Assembly: GCA_009914755.4 (NCBI GenBank)
Contig: CP086569.2
Location: forward strand, 8,768,001-8,832,000
Direction: 5' to 3'
Origin: the human T2T-CHM13v2.0 reference genome, Homo sapiens
DNA: 64,000 bases
Part shown: positions 49,385-63,610 of the stretch, piece after piece
Layout: every line of letters begins with the position of its first letter
Numbering within the stretch: the first letter of the stretch is position 1
The notes under the pieces: model-generated
Told to the model about the DNA's origin: nothing
Seen by the model: only the letters and a program-made list of their open reading frames with translations
Database searches by the model: none
Position numbers and translations under genes: made by a program

Positions 49385-50132
49385 GGGGGTAAATCTATCC
49401 CTCCTAGTGAAGGAGTCATGTTATTATAGGCTGTAAACGAAGTGTCTGCCCAGGTGAAAAAAAGGCTGGTTTAAGATATAAGCTCAATAAATTTAGTAGG
49501 TGCAGTTTGCAGACAAAGCGAGAGCATGAAAAGGATTAATATCCTACATGAGTTGCAATGAAAAACAGAACGCATGGCAAGAAACAAATTTTCTGGAGTA
49601 AATAGTGTCTATGTCTGGAGGAGGATTTGTTCAGCCACCTGAGTTGTCCTCTTCAGCATCCCCCAGGTAATGTCTGGCACTTGTGTCATTCATGTTAACT
49701 TCATCATCCGGGGCTGTGGATCTTTCAGGATTCACTCATTTATTCCTGATACTGGGTTGGGTCCTAGTCATGCCATGGTATGGTTTGATGTGTCATGCTG
49801 AAATCCAAAGAGGACCTGAGGGGGTGTGGACACAAGCATACCTTCTTCCCCAGGTTAATAATTCCCTAGGACTGCACCATTCATTACTGTTTACATCTTT
49901 CCATAAAACTGTAGGTTTTATGCCAATAGCATTGAAGGGTCTTTACCCATACTCCCCCCACCCTTTTATTTGATCGTATTTTTAAGGGAGGAGTGGGCAT
50001 GTTTTACTATTTCTTGTCTTTGGGGTTATATGGAATGCCTGCCGGTGGAATACTGGATGCTCCATGTGTGACAAAATTGTTGAAATTGTGAGCTGACATA
50101 AGCTGGAGATTATCAGTGTTAATTTTTGTGGG

Positions 50133-50396
50133 TCAGCCCATAAATGCAAAAGTGAAAAGAATATGTTTAATGACATATTGAGTTGACTCTCCAGGCAGAG
50201 CATGTGCACTAATTAAATGCGTGTTGGTCTCAATGGATACATGTACATATCTTAGTTTTCCAGATTCAGGGATGTATGTATCATCTGTTTGCCATAACTG
50301 ATTAGGCTCTAGTCCTCCAGGGTTAACACTTGTTGAAGTAGGAAATGTGCCTATGAGGTGGCAATCTGTGCATTGTAGGATAATTTTTTTTACCAC
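50133..50396 (-). pseudogene. HML integrase core fragment
   Basis: QCTDCHLIGTFPTSTSVNPGGLEPNQLWQTDDTYIPESGKLRYVHVSIETNTHLI vs HERV-K [55 protein letters not shown]. Confidence 0.75.
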
Positions 50397-51299
50397 TCTG
50401 TGAGTAAGTGGAAATTATTTAGATAAGTTTCTCCAATTTTGGTGGCAAAATTGATGCAATTGGGTGGCTTGGTTAAGCAGTAATGTCATAACATGAAAGT
50501 CTGCTTCATTATTGCCATAAGTCAATGGGCCAGGCAGTGAGCTGTGGACTCGAAGGTTTGTAATAAAAATAGGATATGTATGTTGATCAAGCAATTGCTA
50601 AAGTCAAAGAAAAAGAGCACACAGGTCTGGGCCCAGAGTGGACTTAATTAAGGTCTCTCAAGGTTTTGTAGTAAATAGAGTATGCACAGTCACGTACACT
50701 ACTTATGGCCTGAGTGCAAAAAGTTTCCAAGGCCAGTAGCAGAGCCCCAATCTAAGCTCTCTGAGTGCTAGCAAACCCAGATCAAGTGATTGAATTGTGT
50801 GGTCTCCACCATACTGCTGCTTTTCCATGTTTACCAGACCCATCTGTAAACAGTGTTAAAGCATGAGGTATGGGGATTGACCTCTTTCTGTGGGCAAAAT
50901 TACCAGCATATGAGATAATAAATGAAGGAGTTGATCAGAAGGATGGATGTGCTCTATTTGTCCTGTGTAATCAGAGAAAGCTATTTGCAGATCTATCAAT
51001 AATGGCAATACTGCTTCAAATTGCTTTTTAGTTAAAAGAATCCTGATGACATCAGGATCAGAACCTAGCCACTTATTACATCATTTGCAGCCTGAATAGA
51101 TGACTTTAGTAATTAACTAAATATAGGGAGATAGTGTTTTAGTCCCATTATATGAGCAAAAAATCCATTCTAGGAAGAATAGCCCAGGGACCATTTGTCC
51201 TATTAACCCTTTAGGGGAGTGTTTGCTGGGAAAGATAAACAGCATGTACCATAAAGCCTGGGACTATGTGATCTAGCTGCCTCTGAGAGATGGCGAGTT

Positions 51300-51818
51300 C
51301 TATTTCCTTGATTTCTCTTTTTGATGTAGTTCTAGTTCTAGTTCCTTGATTTCCCTTTTTGCTGCAGAGGTTAAATATCTGGGATAATCTAGGGCTGGAT
51401 TGCCCTTTAAGATAGAATATAGGTTTTGTAGTTTATCAGTAGAAATCTTCAAAGTGGGGTGGTGCAAATTAATGTCTCTCAGAAATTTTTGATAATCATT
51501 TAAGATGTGTAACTTGCTAGTATTTAATTTAATGTTTTGAGATCTTACTGACAGGGAAGTTAGTATGTACCCAGGATATTTCCAAGGAGAAGACATCTGT
51601 CCTTTCTCAGGTGGAACGATTAAATCTCTTAGCTGTGTATGCTTTATGACAGAGTAATATAAATTTAAAAATATTGGCTCCATTGGGGCTGCAAGTAGAA
51701 TATCATCCATAAAAATATTAATCTTGCAATCAGAAAACTCTCTTCTACCAGGGAGCAAAGCTTGATTTACATGATACTGACACAAGGTAGGACAGTTTAG
51801 CATTCCTTGGGGAAGCAC
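51300..51818 (-). pseudogene. HML reverse transcriptase fragment (LPQGMLNCPT...FMDDILLAAP)
   Basis: Canonical betaretroviral RT motifs LPQG and YMDD-like. Confidence 0.8.
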
Positions 51819-52519
51819 TTTCCAGTGAAATCAACAAGCTGGCTTTTCATTATTGATAGCTGATATGGTAAACACAATTTTTTCTCTGTCCTGGAGAAAT
51901 TGTATGAGAATAATCTTTTCAGTCAATAATGATTACAGGCAAATTTTGAGGAATCAAAGTGGAGGAAGGGGGGCCCTGTTGAAGGGGCCCAATAGGCTGT
52001 AAATTAGCATTAATAGCATGTAAGTCATGCAAAATTCTCTATTTCCCAGACTTTTTGGGAATGACGAAAATGGGTGAATTCCAGGGGCTGTGAGAGATTT
52101 GATATGCCCAGCCTTCGATTTCTCTTCAACTAATTCATGAGCCTTCTGTCATTTGTCTCACTTCAGAGGCCACTATTCTTCCCAAATCGGATCTTGAGAG
52201 ACACATGTCAGGGGTAGAGGAGGAATAACAACAGTGGCCATTGTCATAAAGGGGTATGCAGAGTGATCTCCTCACACACACTGGGCTAATAGGTCCTGCC
52301 CCAAAAGATTAACAGGATGGGCATGATTAGAGGTTGTATAACTGTTGTTCTTACTTCAGAATCGCAGCATGTTATGGGAAGCATGCTCTGCTTGGCTGTG
52401 TGCACTTTGTAGATGCAGAAATTTTCTGTTTTTGAGTGATCCAAGGCCAAGTTTCTGGCCAGTTCTGATCACTAATGATTAAAATGTTCACTCCTGTGCC
52501 CAATAAGCCAGTAAAATTC

Positions 52520-52882
52520 TTATGTCCAATTTTTAAAAGTAATCATGGGTCTCTGATCAGTGATTAATTGATTCCAATACACTCTCATGGCTCCTGTGCA
52601 TCCAAAGCATCCCTTTCGCTTTTCCTTTCCATGGGCATTGAGGACCCAGTATGGTAAAATCAGTAACTGAGCTATCTTTGATCCAGGGGGAGGAATATGC
52701 AGACCTTTACATTCCATCATAACCAATATCTCACCCTGATAATCACTATCAGTTACCCCATTGGGCACATTAATTCCTTGACTGGGTAGGCTAGACTGCC
52801 CTAGGACTAACCCCACTGTTCCCAGAGGCACCGGGCCCCAGATCCCAATTGCAAAACTTTTAGAGTCTTCTTCTTTTAGCAC
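52520..52882 (-). pseudogene. HML pro-frame dUTPase fragment
   Basis: GIWGPVPLGTVGLVLGQSSLPSQGINVPNGVTDSDYQGEILVMMECKG...IAQLLILPY vs HERV-K [46 protein letters not shown]...IAQLILLP. Confidence 0.8.
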
Positions 52883-53044
52883 TAATTCACTGGGGCAGAG
52901 TAAGTCCAGTCCTGTGCTCCCAGTTGTGGCTGCTCTGAAAGAGAAGACTATGGGCTTCCCATTTGACCAAGGAAAGCTTCTGGCATTGCCCCAGTTGGGA
53001 GTGGTGCCTGGAGCTGATCCCTCATGAAGTTTCTGAATGGTTTC

Positions 53045-54137
53045 TTATGGAGTTGCTGTTTTTATCAAATTTAGACCTGCATTGATCTGCCCAATACTTC
53101 CCCTTCCTACTTCGGGGACATAAAGAGGTGGATTCTCTCCCTTAGTTACCTTGATCTTTACTATGGGGACATTCCCTTGACATATGGCCTGACTCTCCTC
53201 ATAAACACAATTTTGATCTCTCTCCCTTTTCACTTTAGGAGGCCTTAATGCCATAGCCAATATTTTGGCTTTGTGTATCTCAGTTCCTACCAGCTGAAAT
53301 GCTGGTATTAGCTCCCCAACAGTGGTGGCCTTTCCTCTGATTGCCTGCATTGCCTGCTGGCGATCCACATTAGCATTTTCAAAAACCAGTTGCAATGATA
53401 AGATATCAGTGGCCTGGGCATGACTAATTTGTCTCTTAATTGCCTGGGTTAACTGATTGATAAACTCAACAAATGGCTCCTGAGGCCCTTGTCAAACATT
53501 TACAAAAGATCCCTGCTGAATTCTGCTTTCAGGAATTTGGTCCCAAGCCCTGAGAGCACACAGAGGGACATCAGCATAAGCCTGGAGATCAAAATTTAGT
53601 TTTTATTGCACATCGGCATGAGGACCCCTTCCCTGGAGCATATCAGCTGTTATATTTTGCCTGGCCACCTGATTCACCAGGAGAGGCAATACGGCAAGTA
53701 ACGTTTTCTCCTTCTTCCCCTTTTTAGGCTCTTCTGTGTATAATGAGACTAAAGCCATCCTTACAGGGGCCCATAGTGTTAAAGATGATACTGGGACCCA
53801 TTGCCCTTGTGCATCATGCTGTTTAAGATTTCTCCCCACCTGTTACCAGAGTTCTACCTCTAGCATTCCTTCTTCTGGGAACCATGGATTATGTGAGACA
53901 GTAGTTTGCATTAGTTTTCTTAAGTGAGTCCATGAAGCTGATGCTCTGGTAGCATTAAGCAACTATTTCAACATTTTATATACTGTTTCTGTAGAGCTGG
54001 TAACTATTGTCCCATGATGAAACCTCAGCCTGACCAATCCCCTCCGAACTTGGAAATCCCAAGTGGACACCAATGACTTCCTGTTTTACTGACTTAACCA
54101 CACTGTCTTCTTCAACCTTTGTTTTCAGGGGGTCCAT
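53045..54137 (-). pseudogene. HML gag remnants (capsid C-terminal region LVFENANVDRQQAMQAIRGK...; putative start MDPLKTKVEED at about 54137)
   Basis: Similarity to HERV-K Gag LMAYENANPECQSAIKPLKGK...; ORFs 53045-53395, 53603-53839, 53976-54236. Confidence 0.65.
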
Positions 54138-54149
54138 TGCACCTCCTTT

Positions 54150-54177
54150 GCCATGTTCTTCACATGGGGGTGCTGGC
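54150..54177 (-). promoter_or_regulatory. Degenerate primer-binding-site region 3' of the HML 5' LTR (reverse complement cagccagcacccccatgtgaagaaca); partial resemblance to a tRNA-Met complement
   Basis: Position immediately after the LTR CA terminus; compared with PBS-Met TGGTGCCCCGTGTGAGGA from memory; weak. Confidence 0.3.
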
Positions 54178-54663
54178 TGTGGGGGTCTGTCTTGCAGACC
54201 CTGACTCAGTGATGGATGAATAAAGTACACTGACACACAGATATTCTGCTTTGTCAGTTCAACTAAGCATCTGGGCCACTTAGAGTATCCACACAGAATG
54301 CACTAAACAGTTGCAACTGCAGCCTCAAACAGCCAGCAAGACTTTCATCTGTACAGTAAAGATTAATTGACAAAGGTCTGAGTAAACACCACTAGAGGGT
54401 AATTGACATTGCAGACTTCCCAAGTAGAAAGGAATTAAGCACCTGCAGTAGATCAAAAGTTAGTCTTCTTACCACATGAGTAAAGAAGCCAGTTAGATAA
54501 ACTACCCTACCTTCCTTTGTATGCACTTTAACCTATCTACTCAAGGTAAGGATTAGTTTGCCTTCAGCCATAACCTTATCCTGAGACTTTTACAAAATCC
54601 TTCAGGCTTTGCAAGAAGGTTTGTGACTTATAATTTTCCCCACCATCCTGACTGAACCCCTAC
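54178..54663 (-). mobile_element. HML 5' LTR
   Basis: Paralogue of 46002-46509; sense strand begins TGTAGGGG... Confidence 0.8.
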
Positions 54664-54669
54664 AAAGTT

Positions 54670-57600
54670 CTGGTGGGCTCCTAGAGGTGAGATTGAGAAT
54701 GTGACCTCTGAGGAGGTGTGGTACACATGAAAAGAACTGTTTGAGTTTTCAAATGTATATAAATAGTCTGGGAACAGGCATGGGAACAGATAGTATAGGT
54801 ATGAGAAAATAGTGGAAAAAAAACCAGAATTGTGTCAGGCTGAATTTATTGATCAGGGCTCACTAAGTAGGCTCTCTGCATTTAAAGCTGCAGCTCAAGG
54901 AGTTTAAAACAAGTTCTAATAATTTATTTGCTTGATTAAATGAAATATAAATAAAAAGATGGCCTACTGTGAGTGGGCTATAAATGTCTGCTCTTTATTG
55001 GTTTAATGTAAAGGAAGACATCCAAAGGCCTAGGGAGATTTGGATGGTGGAGTGGATTTGTCACTTTAGACATACTCACCCCAGTTGGGAGGGTTCAAAA
55101 GATACACCCTTGATCAGTCCCTTGTGAAATAGACTTGTGAGATCAGAGCCTGCATCTTTGAAGAGGCCTGTAATTTTTCTTCTCTGTATGTCAGATCTAA
55201 GGGTGGAAACTACAGTAACTAAACTACCAAATTTAAACACAATGGGAATAATTGTATCCTGATGTGGAAAGGGAAATGACCAGACTTTTCAGGGACTGCT
55301 GGACACAGTCTATGAGTTGATGTTGATTCCAGGGGACAAAAAACATCACTGTGGTCCTTCAGTTAAAGTAGGACCTTATGAAGGTCAGGTAATTAATAAA
55401 GTTTTAGCTTCAGTCAGACTTAGAAGGGGTTCAATGGGTCCCTAGACTCATTCTGTGGTCCTTTTCCCAGTGCCAGAATGCATAATTGGCATAGGCATAA
55501 TTGGCATAGACATACTTAGCAGCTGGCAGAATCCACCATTTGCTCCCTGACTTGTAGGGTAGAGCTAGTATAATGGGAAAGGTCAAATGGAGGCCAGTAG
55601 AGCTGCCTATGCCTAGAAAAATAGTAAATCAAAAACAATATCAATTTTTTGGAGAGATTGTGAAGGTTAGTGACACCATCAAGGACTTGAAAGGCATAGG
55701 AGTGGTAATTAGCAACACATCCTCTTACAACTCTCCCATTTGTCTGATGCAGAAGACAGATGGATTTTGGAGAATAATAGCAGATTACCGTAAGCTTAAC
55801 TGCATGGTGACTCCAATTGTACCTGCTGTACCAGATGTGGTTTTATTGTTTGAGCAAATTAATACATCTCCTGGTACTTGGTATGCAATAATTCACTTGG
55901 GGAAAATACCTTTTTCTTCATTCCTGTCCATAAGGCTCACGTGAAGCAATTTGCCTTCAGCTGGCAAGGCCAGTAATATGCCTTTATTGTCCTACCACAG
56001 GGGTATATCAACTCTCTCTCTCTGTGTCATAATCTTATTTAAAGAGCTCTTGACTGCTTTTGGCTTCTGCAAGATAGCACACTGGTCCATTACATTGATG
56101 ACTTTATGCAGATTTTACCCAGTGAACAAGAAGTAGCAAACACACTGGACTTATTTATGAGACATTTTTGTACCAGAGAATGGGAAATAAATCTGACTAA
56201 ATTTCAGGGACACTTTATCTCAGTAAAATTTCTAGGTGTTATAAGGTAAATAACAAGTTGCTACATTAGGCACCTCCTACAACCAAGAAAGAGGCAAAAT
56301 GTCTAGGGAACCTATTTGGATATTGGAGGCAACACATTTCTCATTCAAGTATCTTACTCTGGCCCATTTATTTAGTGACCTGAAAGCCTGCCAGTATTGA
56401 GTAGTGTCCAGAACAGGAGGAAGATCTGCTGCAGTTCTAGGATGCCATGCCAGCTTCTCTGCCACTTGGGCCATATGACCCAGCAGATCTAATGGTGCTT
56501 AAGGCATCATTGGTAGATAAGGTTGCTGTCTGGAGGCCTTGCCAGGCTCCCACAGGTGAATCACAGGATTGGTCTCAAGTGTTTTGAAGAAAAGCTCCAT
56601 CATGTTCTGCAAATAACTGTTCTCCTTTTGAGAGACAGCTCTTGGCCTGTTACTGGACTTTGTTGGAAACTGAACGTTTGACTATGGGTCATCAAGTCAC
56701 CATATGAACTAAATGGCCTATCATGAAGTGCTTGATTTCTTAACCATCTAGCCACAAAATGGGTTGTGCACAGCAGCATTTCATCACCAAATGGAAGTGG
56801 CATATATGTGACCATGCTTGAACAGGTCCTGAAAGAACAAGTAAGTTATATAAGGAAGTGGATCAAAAGTCCATGTCTCCACTCCTGCCACCCTGCCTTT
56901 TCTCCTTCAACTTGCAATCATGGTCTCAAGAGGATTTCCCTATGATCAACTGACAAAATGAGAGAAGACTATGGCCAGGTTCCATTTGGTTCTGCACAAT
57001 ATGCAGCCACCGCCTGAAATTAGACAGCTGCAGCACTACAGCTCCTTTTTAGGATGTTCCTAAAAGACAGTGGTAAAGGGAAATCTTCCCAATGGGCAGA
57101 ACTTCAAACAGATGTATGATTATATACTGATTCTTTAGCTATAGCAAATGGTTTGGCTGGATGATCAGGAACTTGGAAGAACCATGATTAGAAAATTGGT
57201 GACAAAGCAATTTTGGGAAAAGGTATGTGCAGGGGCCTCTCTGAGTGGTCAGAAACTGAGGATATTTATGTTTCACGTGAGTGCTCACCAGCAGGTTACC
57301 TCAGCAGAGAAGGAATTTAATTATCAAATGGATAGAATGACCTGTTCTGTGGACACCACTCAGACTCTGTCCCAAGCCACTCCTGTCATCACCCAATGGG
57401 CCCATAAACAAAGCGTCTATGATGGCAGGGATGGAAGTTATGCATGGGCTCTGCAAAATGGACTTTTATTTACCAAGGGTGACTTGGGTATGGACACTGA
57501 TGAATTCCCCATTTGCCAGCAATGGAGACAAACACTGAGCCCTCAATATGGTGCCATTTTTGTAGGGTAATCAGCCAGCTACCTGATGGCATGTTGATTA

Positions 57601-59005
57601 CATTTGACCTCTTCCATTATGGAAAGGGAAGAGGTTAGTACTCAAAGTAATATACACTTATTCTGGATATGGGTTTTCCTATCCTGCATGCAATGTTTCT
57701 GCCAAGACTACCATCTGTGGACTCATAAAATGCCTTATCCACCATCATGTTATTCCACAAAACATTGGCTCTGACCAAGGCACCCACTTTATGACTAAAG
57801 AATTGTGGCAGTAGGCTTCTGATTATGGAATTCACTGGTCTCACCATGTTTCTCATCATCCTGAATGGGATCCATTGAATGATTCCATTAAACTGGAAGT
57901 TAAGATTGCCCCCTTAGCATTTTGGGATCCTCCTACTTTTCAGCTATCATGCTAAGAAAGGAGTTACAGTTTTGGCTGTGGTGATTGACCTGAACTATCA
58001 AGATAAAATCAGTCTACTACTCTACAGTGGAGGCAAGGAAGAGTAAGCATGTAATATAGGAAATCCATCAGGGTGCCTGTTAATATTAACATGCCCTGTG
58101 ATTAAGGTCAGTGGATAACTACAGCAGCCTAATCATGACAGGAATACAAATGGTCCAGACTCTTCGGGAATTAAGGTTTGGGTCACTCCACCAGGAAAAA
58201 AAAGAAAAGAAAAAAGAACAAACAACACCTGCTTAGGTGCTTGCTGAAGGCAAAAGAAACACAGAAAAGTTGGTAGAATAAGGTGGTCATCAATACCAGC
58301 TATGACCACATGACCAGCTGCAGAAATGAGGACTTTAATTGCCCTAAGTAGTTCCTCCTTTTGTTAAAAAAATGTTTGTGCCTGTATACACATGTACAAA
58401 TACCTTTATTTTTCATTTTCTTTATCATTTGACATAAGATTCATTGGCCTCACATTAGTACTGAAGTATTCTTAACTTTACATAATAGTATTTGGGTTGA
58501 GGATTGGGATGCTCCTGGTTGTACAAAGGATAGTTGTATTATGTTAGGTGTAATTATGACCTCATTACTGTCTTTATTTGAAGATTATGTATGATCTTAG
58601 GAGATGTGTATGGGTTCAACTTGACAAGAAGTGGAGTTGTGATAGTTAAAACTGAGTGTTGACTTCATTGGATTGGGGGATACAGAGTACTAATCCAGGG
58701 TGTGTTTATTGGGTGTTTCCCCCAAAAAACTAACATTTGAGTAAGTGGGCTGAATAAGGCAGATCTACCTTAATCTACTGGGCACAATATAATCAGCTTA
58801 TAGTGAATATAAAGCAGGCAGAAAAATGTGAAAAGGAGAAATAGGCCTAGCTCCAAGCCCACATCATTCTCCCATGCTGGATGCTTCCTCCCCTTTTACA
58901 TTGAGGTCCAAGTTCATCAGTTTTGGGACTCAAACTGGCCCTCTTCACTGCTCAGCTTGTAGGCAGCTTTTTGTGCTCGTGTAAGAGTTAATACTTAATA
59001 AACTC
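54670..59005 (+). mobile_element. ERVL (arm B copy) gag 3' part, pro, pol (RT ORF 55573-55944 with LVHYIDDFM at about 56070; RNase H/IN ORF 57148-57570; dUTPase about 57960-58230) and 3' LTR 58637-59005
   Basis: FMFHVSAHQQVTSAEKEFNYQMDRMTCSVDTTQTLSQATPVITQWAHKQS matches the ERVL pol RNase H/IN junction; VLAVVIDLNYQDKISLLLYSGGKEE dUTPase; LTR TGTGATAGTTAAAACTGAGTG. Confidence 0.8.
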
Positions 59006-62000
59006 CTCATATATGATATGCTCCACATGTAAACTAATTGAGCACTATAAATGTGGTTAACTACTATGTTGCTGCTAGCTGCTAAGGTCCTGAAACAAAT
59101 TTTTATTCAAACGTAAAAGATTTGACATTGTATGAACAAACCTCCTTTTTGGATTTATCTTAATGTATATATTTTTCATATTCCTTATATTTTTATATTA
59201 CAGCAATTTCCTCATTTATTTGTTTTTATTTTATCTTATTTTCTAATATAAATTTTTCTGAATGTGTTTATTTTGGGTTATTTTAAAACAAGACAAAGCA
59301 TAAGTTATTATGATCAAAGATGCCCACTGTGCAATCTTCTATCAAGTAATTTTTTAAACAGAAGAAGGTACTTGAGTATTAAGTCTCTTCAACAACTTTA
59401 GCAAAAGCACGATTTCTGTAACACTGGCATATTCTTCGAAATCTTAGTTTTCATTTGGCTTGCTTATTGTAATATCTTAGCAACTTTTGTGTCATAAGAC
59501 ACATTTAATATTTGTCATATGATAAATATGAAGAATGTGTGTGCATAATGGAGTGTGCCAATGCACATGTGTGCATGTGTATTATGTATGTCTTCCAGCT
59601 GTAGTCAAGATTAGTTCTATCCTAGAAGCCACTGATTGAGTTTTCTCCCTCAGTACCCCAAAACAGAGGTGGCTTAGGGTTTTATTTTGCTATATTAGCA
59701 TTTTATGGAAATATTTTAAAAGTAATTGGAATGAAAAGGGGAGAAAAAGAAATATATGCTTTAGTTTCTACCCATTGATTAACTGAAGTGACCTCACTTT
59801 GCTAACACTTACCCTAACTTGAATCAACAGAACTTTACAAAAGCTTCCTAAAATCCTTCTGATTTACAGAAAGCAAAGATTGAGTTAAGAAATCTTAAAA
59901 ATATAAAATCAAAGTGTTCTGAAACTGTGCTTTTAAAAATAATTTTCTGTAAAGATGCTTCAACACTGTTAATGTCTCAAAGGTGCCTAAGACTCTAGAT
60001 TTTAAGATATTTAGCAGCATTTCTAGCCTTTCAGCACTAGATGCTAGTAACAACCTTACCAATTCCACTTCCAGTCATCAAGAGGCATAAAGTAAAACTA
60101 TTTTAAACCTACTGACCTACAGAAACCCTAGACATTCACATGGACTGTCTGGTACCTCTGTTGGCTTACCATCTATAATCCTTCCCCTTCCACAGTCAGC
60201 TACGACCACAGTGACCTGGCTGTTTTGCAAGCAATCTAAGCAGAACTCTGCCAGAAATCATCATGCCTCTTAATCTTGCTGCATACTTACATAATTATGT
60301 TCTTATTTTATTTAGATATGAACTTGCAAGTCACTTTGGAGACAAATTACTGTATACCTGTTTTACATAAAACCAAAATGTACTTTATAATAGAGAATCT
60401 TGCCTCATGCATTTTATATGGAATTGATAACCTCAATTAATCAAATGCAAACAAAAAACTTTATATGCACCATAACCACTAAAACAAAAACATAACTTCC
60501 AGGATCCCAAATTATAAGTGTAATATTCAATGTAAGTGTTTTAAATAACATTTTTTATGGGACAAAAATAAGATCTAAATAAAAATGGACTCTGAGATTA
60601 GAAAACAATCAGTGCTTTATAAATAAAAATGAAAGCAAAACTATAGGGAAGATAGCTTCAAACCATTCAAAGAAACATCAAACCAATAAAAAAGTGTCTG
60701 GAACCTGGAAATCAACAGTTTCTATGAACCAAGCTCACAATCAAGGGAGACAATTTTAAAATTATAAATGTTTTTTTTTATTGCCATAGTGCCTCCTAGG
60801 CACATATAAAGCCTTCAAAACTGAAATTTGTATTTTTAATTTGAGGCCCAGATTCCTGATTCAGGAACAAGTAAAGAAGTCTTTATGTGCTAATTTATTG
60901 TGTTTACCTAGGAGGTAATGAAGAATTGATAAAACACATTTATTTCAGTTTTGCCTAAGTAAGAACCCACTCTTGGTTGAAAATGCCAAGAATTGGTCAC
61001 AAATCTTTATGTTGTTGAGAGAAAAGAATACAGTTATTTCATACAATAGACAATTGATTAATAGAGATTCAGATTTTTTAATGATAGTTTTCATATTGCT
61101 CTCATTCAGAATGATAATGGAATGCATGCTAAGCTTTCAATAACTAAGAAAACACCTTGGAGATATGAAGAAAATATATAACTGGTAAAATAATACTCAG
61201 GCAAAAAATGTGTAGATAAAAGCTAAAGGAATGTGTGACTAATCCTTCTCTAAGGAAAGTAGTGTTACTTTTACAACACTGGCAAAGTTAGCTATTACTA
61301 TTATACTTCTGGTAGGCAGCTATTACATAGAAAACTACAAATCTATTTTAATGGACACTCAATGTGTACAGATACAATCTGAGATAATAATATAAATTGA
61401 GAAGGATAGAAAAGCCCAAGAGCAGCATACTTTTATTATTAAAATTAAATTTTAGATAATTCAATTGACTTAATATTCTTCAAAGTAGGTGATTTAATGT
61501 GTAGAATATTACAAGAAGTCCCAAATATAACTAATTATAATATAAAAATACTGAAAAGAATAAACTAAGAAAATAACCAAATTTTTAAAATGATCAACAG
61601 AGGAACTGAGGATCCAATAAGATAGAGAACATATGGGAAACAAGGAAATAAATGTTAGAGTAATTATTTTTTTTACTTGTAATAACTTTAAATATGAGCT
61701 CTTGCATAACAAAGGCAAAGAATGGTGAAAATGCACCTTTAAAGAAGGACTTAACTTATATGATTTCTACCCAAGTCTTACTTTAGGTGCAAAGACATGG
61801 AGATTTAAAGTAAAATGATACAAGTTCTGGGAAAAGCATGAGAGTGGACTATAGAACACTATATATCTGTCTCTTCAAGTGGCAGACTCGGTATGATGCA
61901 ATTAGTTTGGAACTCCAGAGTCTATCTGAAGGTATACCATTTCCAAAAGAAGCTTTGCATAGTAAACAATTAAATTTGATCATATTTTAGTGTAGATCAC

Positions 62001-62699
62001 CAGCAGCTATTTATTTTTTATCAGCTACTGCAGTGATGTGCTACCTTGCAAATACTTCTGGAGCAGCTAGCAAGAGCCAGGATAAACAAAAAGAACTCAG
62101 TCCTCCAAATCTCAGGAGGACTTGGGCATCAATTGCTGCTTCTGATTATGGCCGTCCCGACACAGGGAACAAGTCATGATTTCATTCCCCAAACCTTTCG
62201 CAGGCTTTTCCTCCTCCTCCTCAAGCAACTTTCAGAAGATTTAAAGAGCCAGAACATTTTTTTTTCTAATTTTCCATTTTTTTATCTTAAGAGACCTACA
62301 ATTATGGACAAAAATATTAAAAAGAAAATATATGTACATGAAACTTTAGAATAAAATTTGTTGTTAACCATATGTGCCCCCAAATGGTGCACACTCAAGA
62401 AAGACCCAAGAATAAGTTGAGTAAGACTGACTGCCAGGACAGAAATAACTGACATGAGGAATAAAAAAAAACCCTAGCAAATCACAGGGGGAGAAAATCT
62501 GATTTTCAAAGTTTTAGCGTTTTAAAATTTGAACGCCTCTTTTCAACACCAACAAAATCACAAAGCAAAAAGTTAAATAAGAAAGTACGGATCATCCTAA
62601 GAAAAGAAAAATCACTAACAGAAGCTTTTCATAGAAAGCTCAAATGGCACGCTTTCTAAAAAATAATTTTAAAAATTAATGTCCTTAGGAAGCTACTAG

Positions 62700-63560
62700 A
62701 ATAAACAAAATGATTCTCCTGCCTCGACCTTCCAAAACAAAGAAATTCATGAACAAAAAATGTTAATAAAGAGAGAGTAAACTTATTTTTAAAATTAAGA
62801 AAAAATTATGGACCTAGAAAGGAAAACAAATGACATAGAAATTTTCTACATACATTTAAAAGGAGACTTGAGCAGATAAAAGAACAAAATGTTGGCAAAC
62901 CTAGAAGAAGGGCAGTTGAAATTATTAAGTCAGAAAGAGAAAAAGAAATAAAGAAATGTGAACACAGCCTAGATCCAGTAGGACACGATCAAGGAGATCT
63001 ACTTATGCATTTTGAAAGTTCAAAGAGAAGAGACAAAGAAACAGGGAGACTAAAAATACAGTGGTCAAGAATATAACACATTTGAGGAAATAAACATCTA
63101 GGAAGAGCAACAAACTCCCATTAAGATAAACTCAAAGAAACACACTCAAACCTACATGATAATTATACTAAAACAAAGACAAAGAGAATCTTGAAAGCAG
63201 CAAGAGAAGTGACTAGTCATGTAAAAAGAACCCTCAAAAATAATCAGCAGATTTCTTATCTAGAAACTCAGAGGTCAGAAAGCAGAAGACTAATATTTTC
63301 CAAGTAATGTAAGAAAAGACTTTCAAATACAAATCTTACGTCCAAATAAAGTCCATCAAACATGAGGGAGAAATTATGACATTCCAAAATATAAGCTGGG
63401 GTCTTTTTAGATAACCCTTTAAGAAATGCTCTATGGAGTATTTCAGGATAAAATGAAAGGACACTGAACAGCAGTATAAATAAATAAAGATTACGGTAAA
63501 GATAAATATGTGATTATTATCAATTATGAAAGAGAAAAAATTAACAATGTGCATCTTCGT
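62700..63560 (+). mobile_element. Old L1 5'-half fragment (sense), paralogue of 6570-7330
   Basis: Colinear with the reverse complement of the arm A copy. Confidence 0.55.
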
Positions 63561-63610
63561 AATTTGCTCTCCACAAAATCGACAATAGAATTTTATTTTA
63601 AAAAAAGTGA

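Noticed and set aside
54150-54177. Confident HML subgroup call from the PBS
   Set aside because: The PBS is too degenerate (no TGG start). Similarity to a tRNA-Met complement is partial and recalled from memory, so it is kept only as a low-confidence note.
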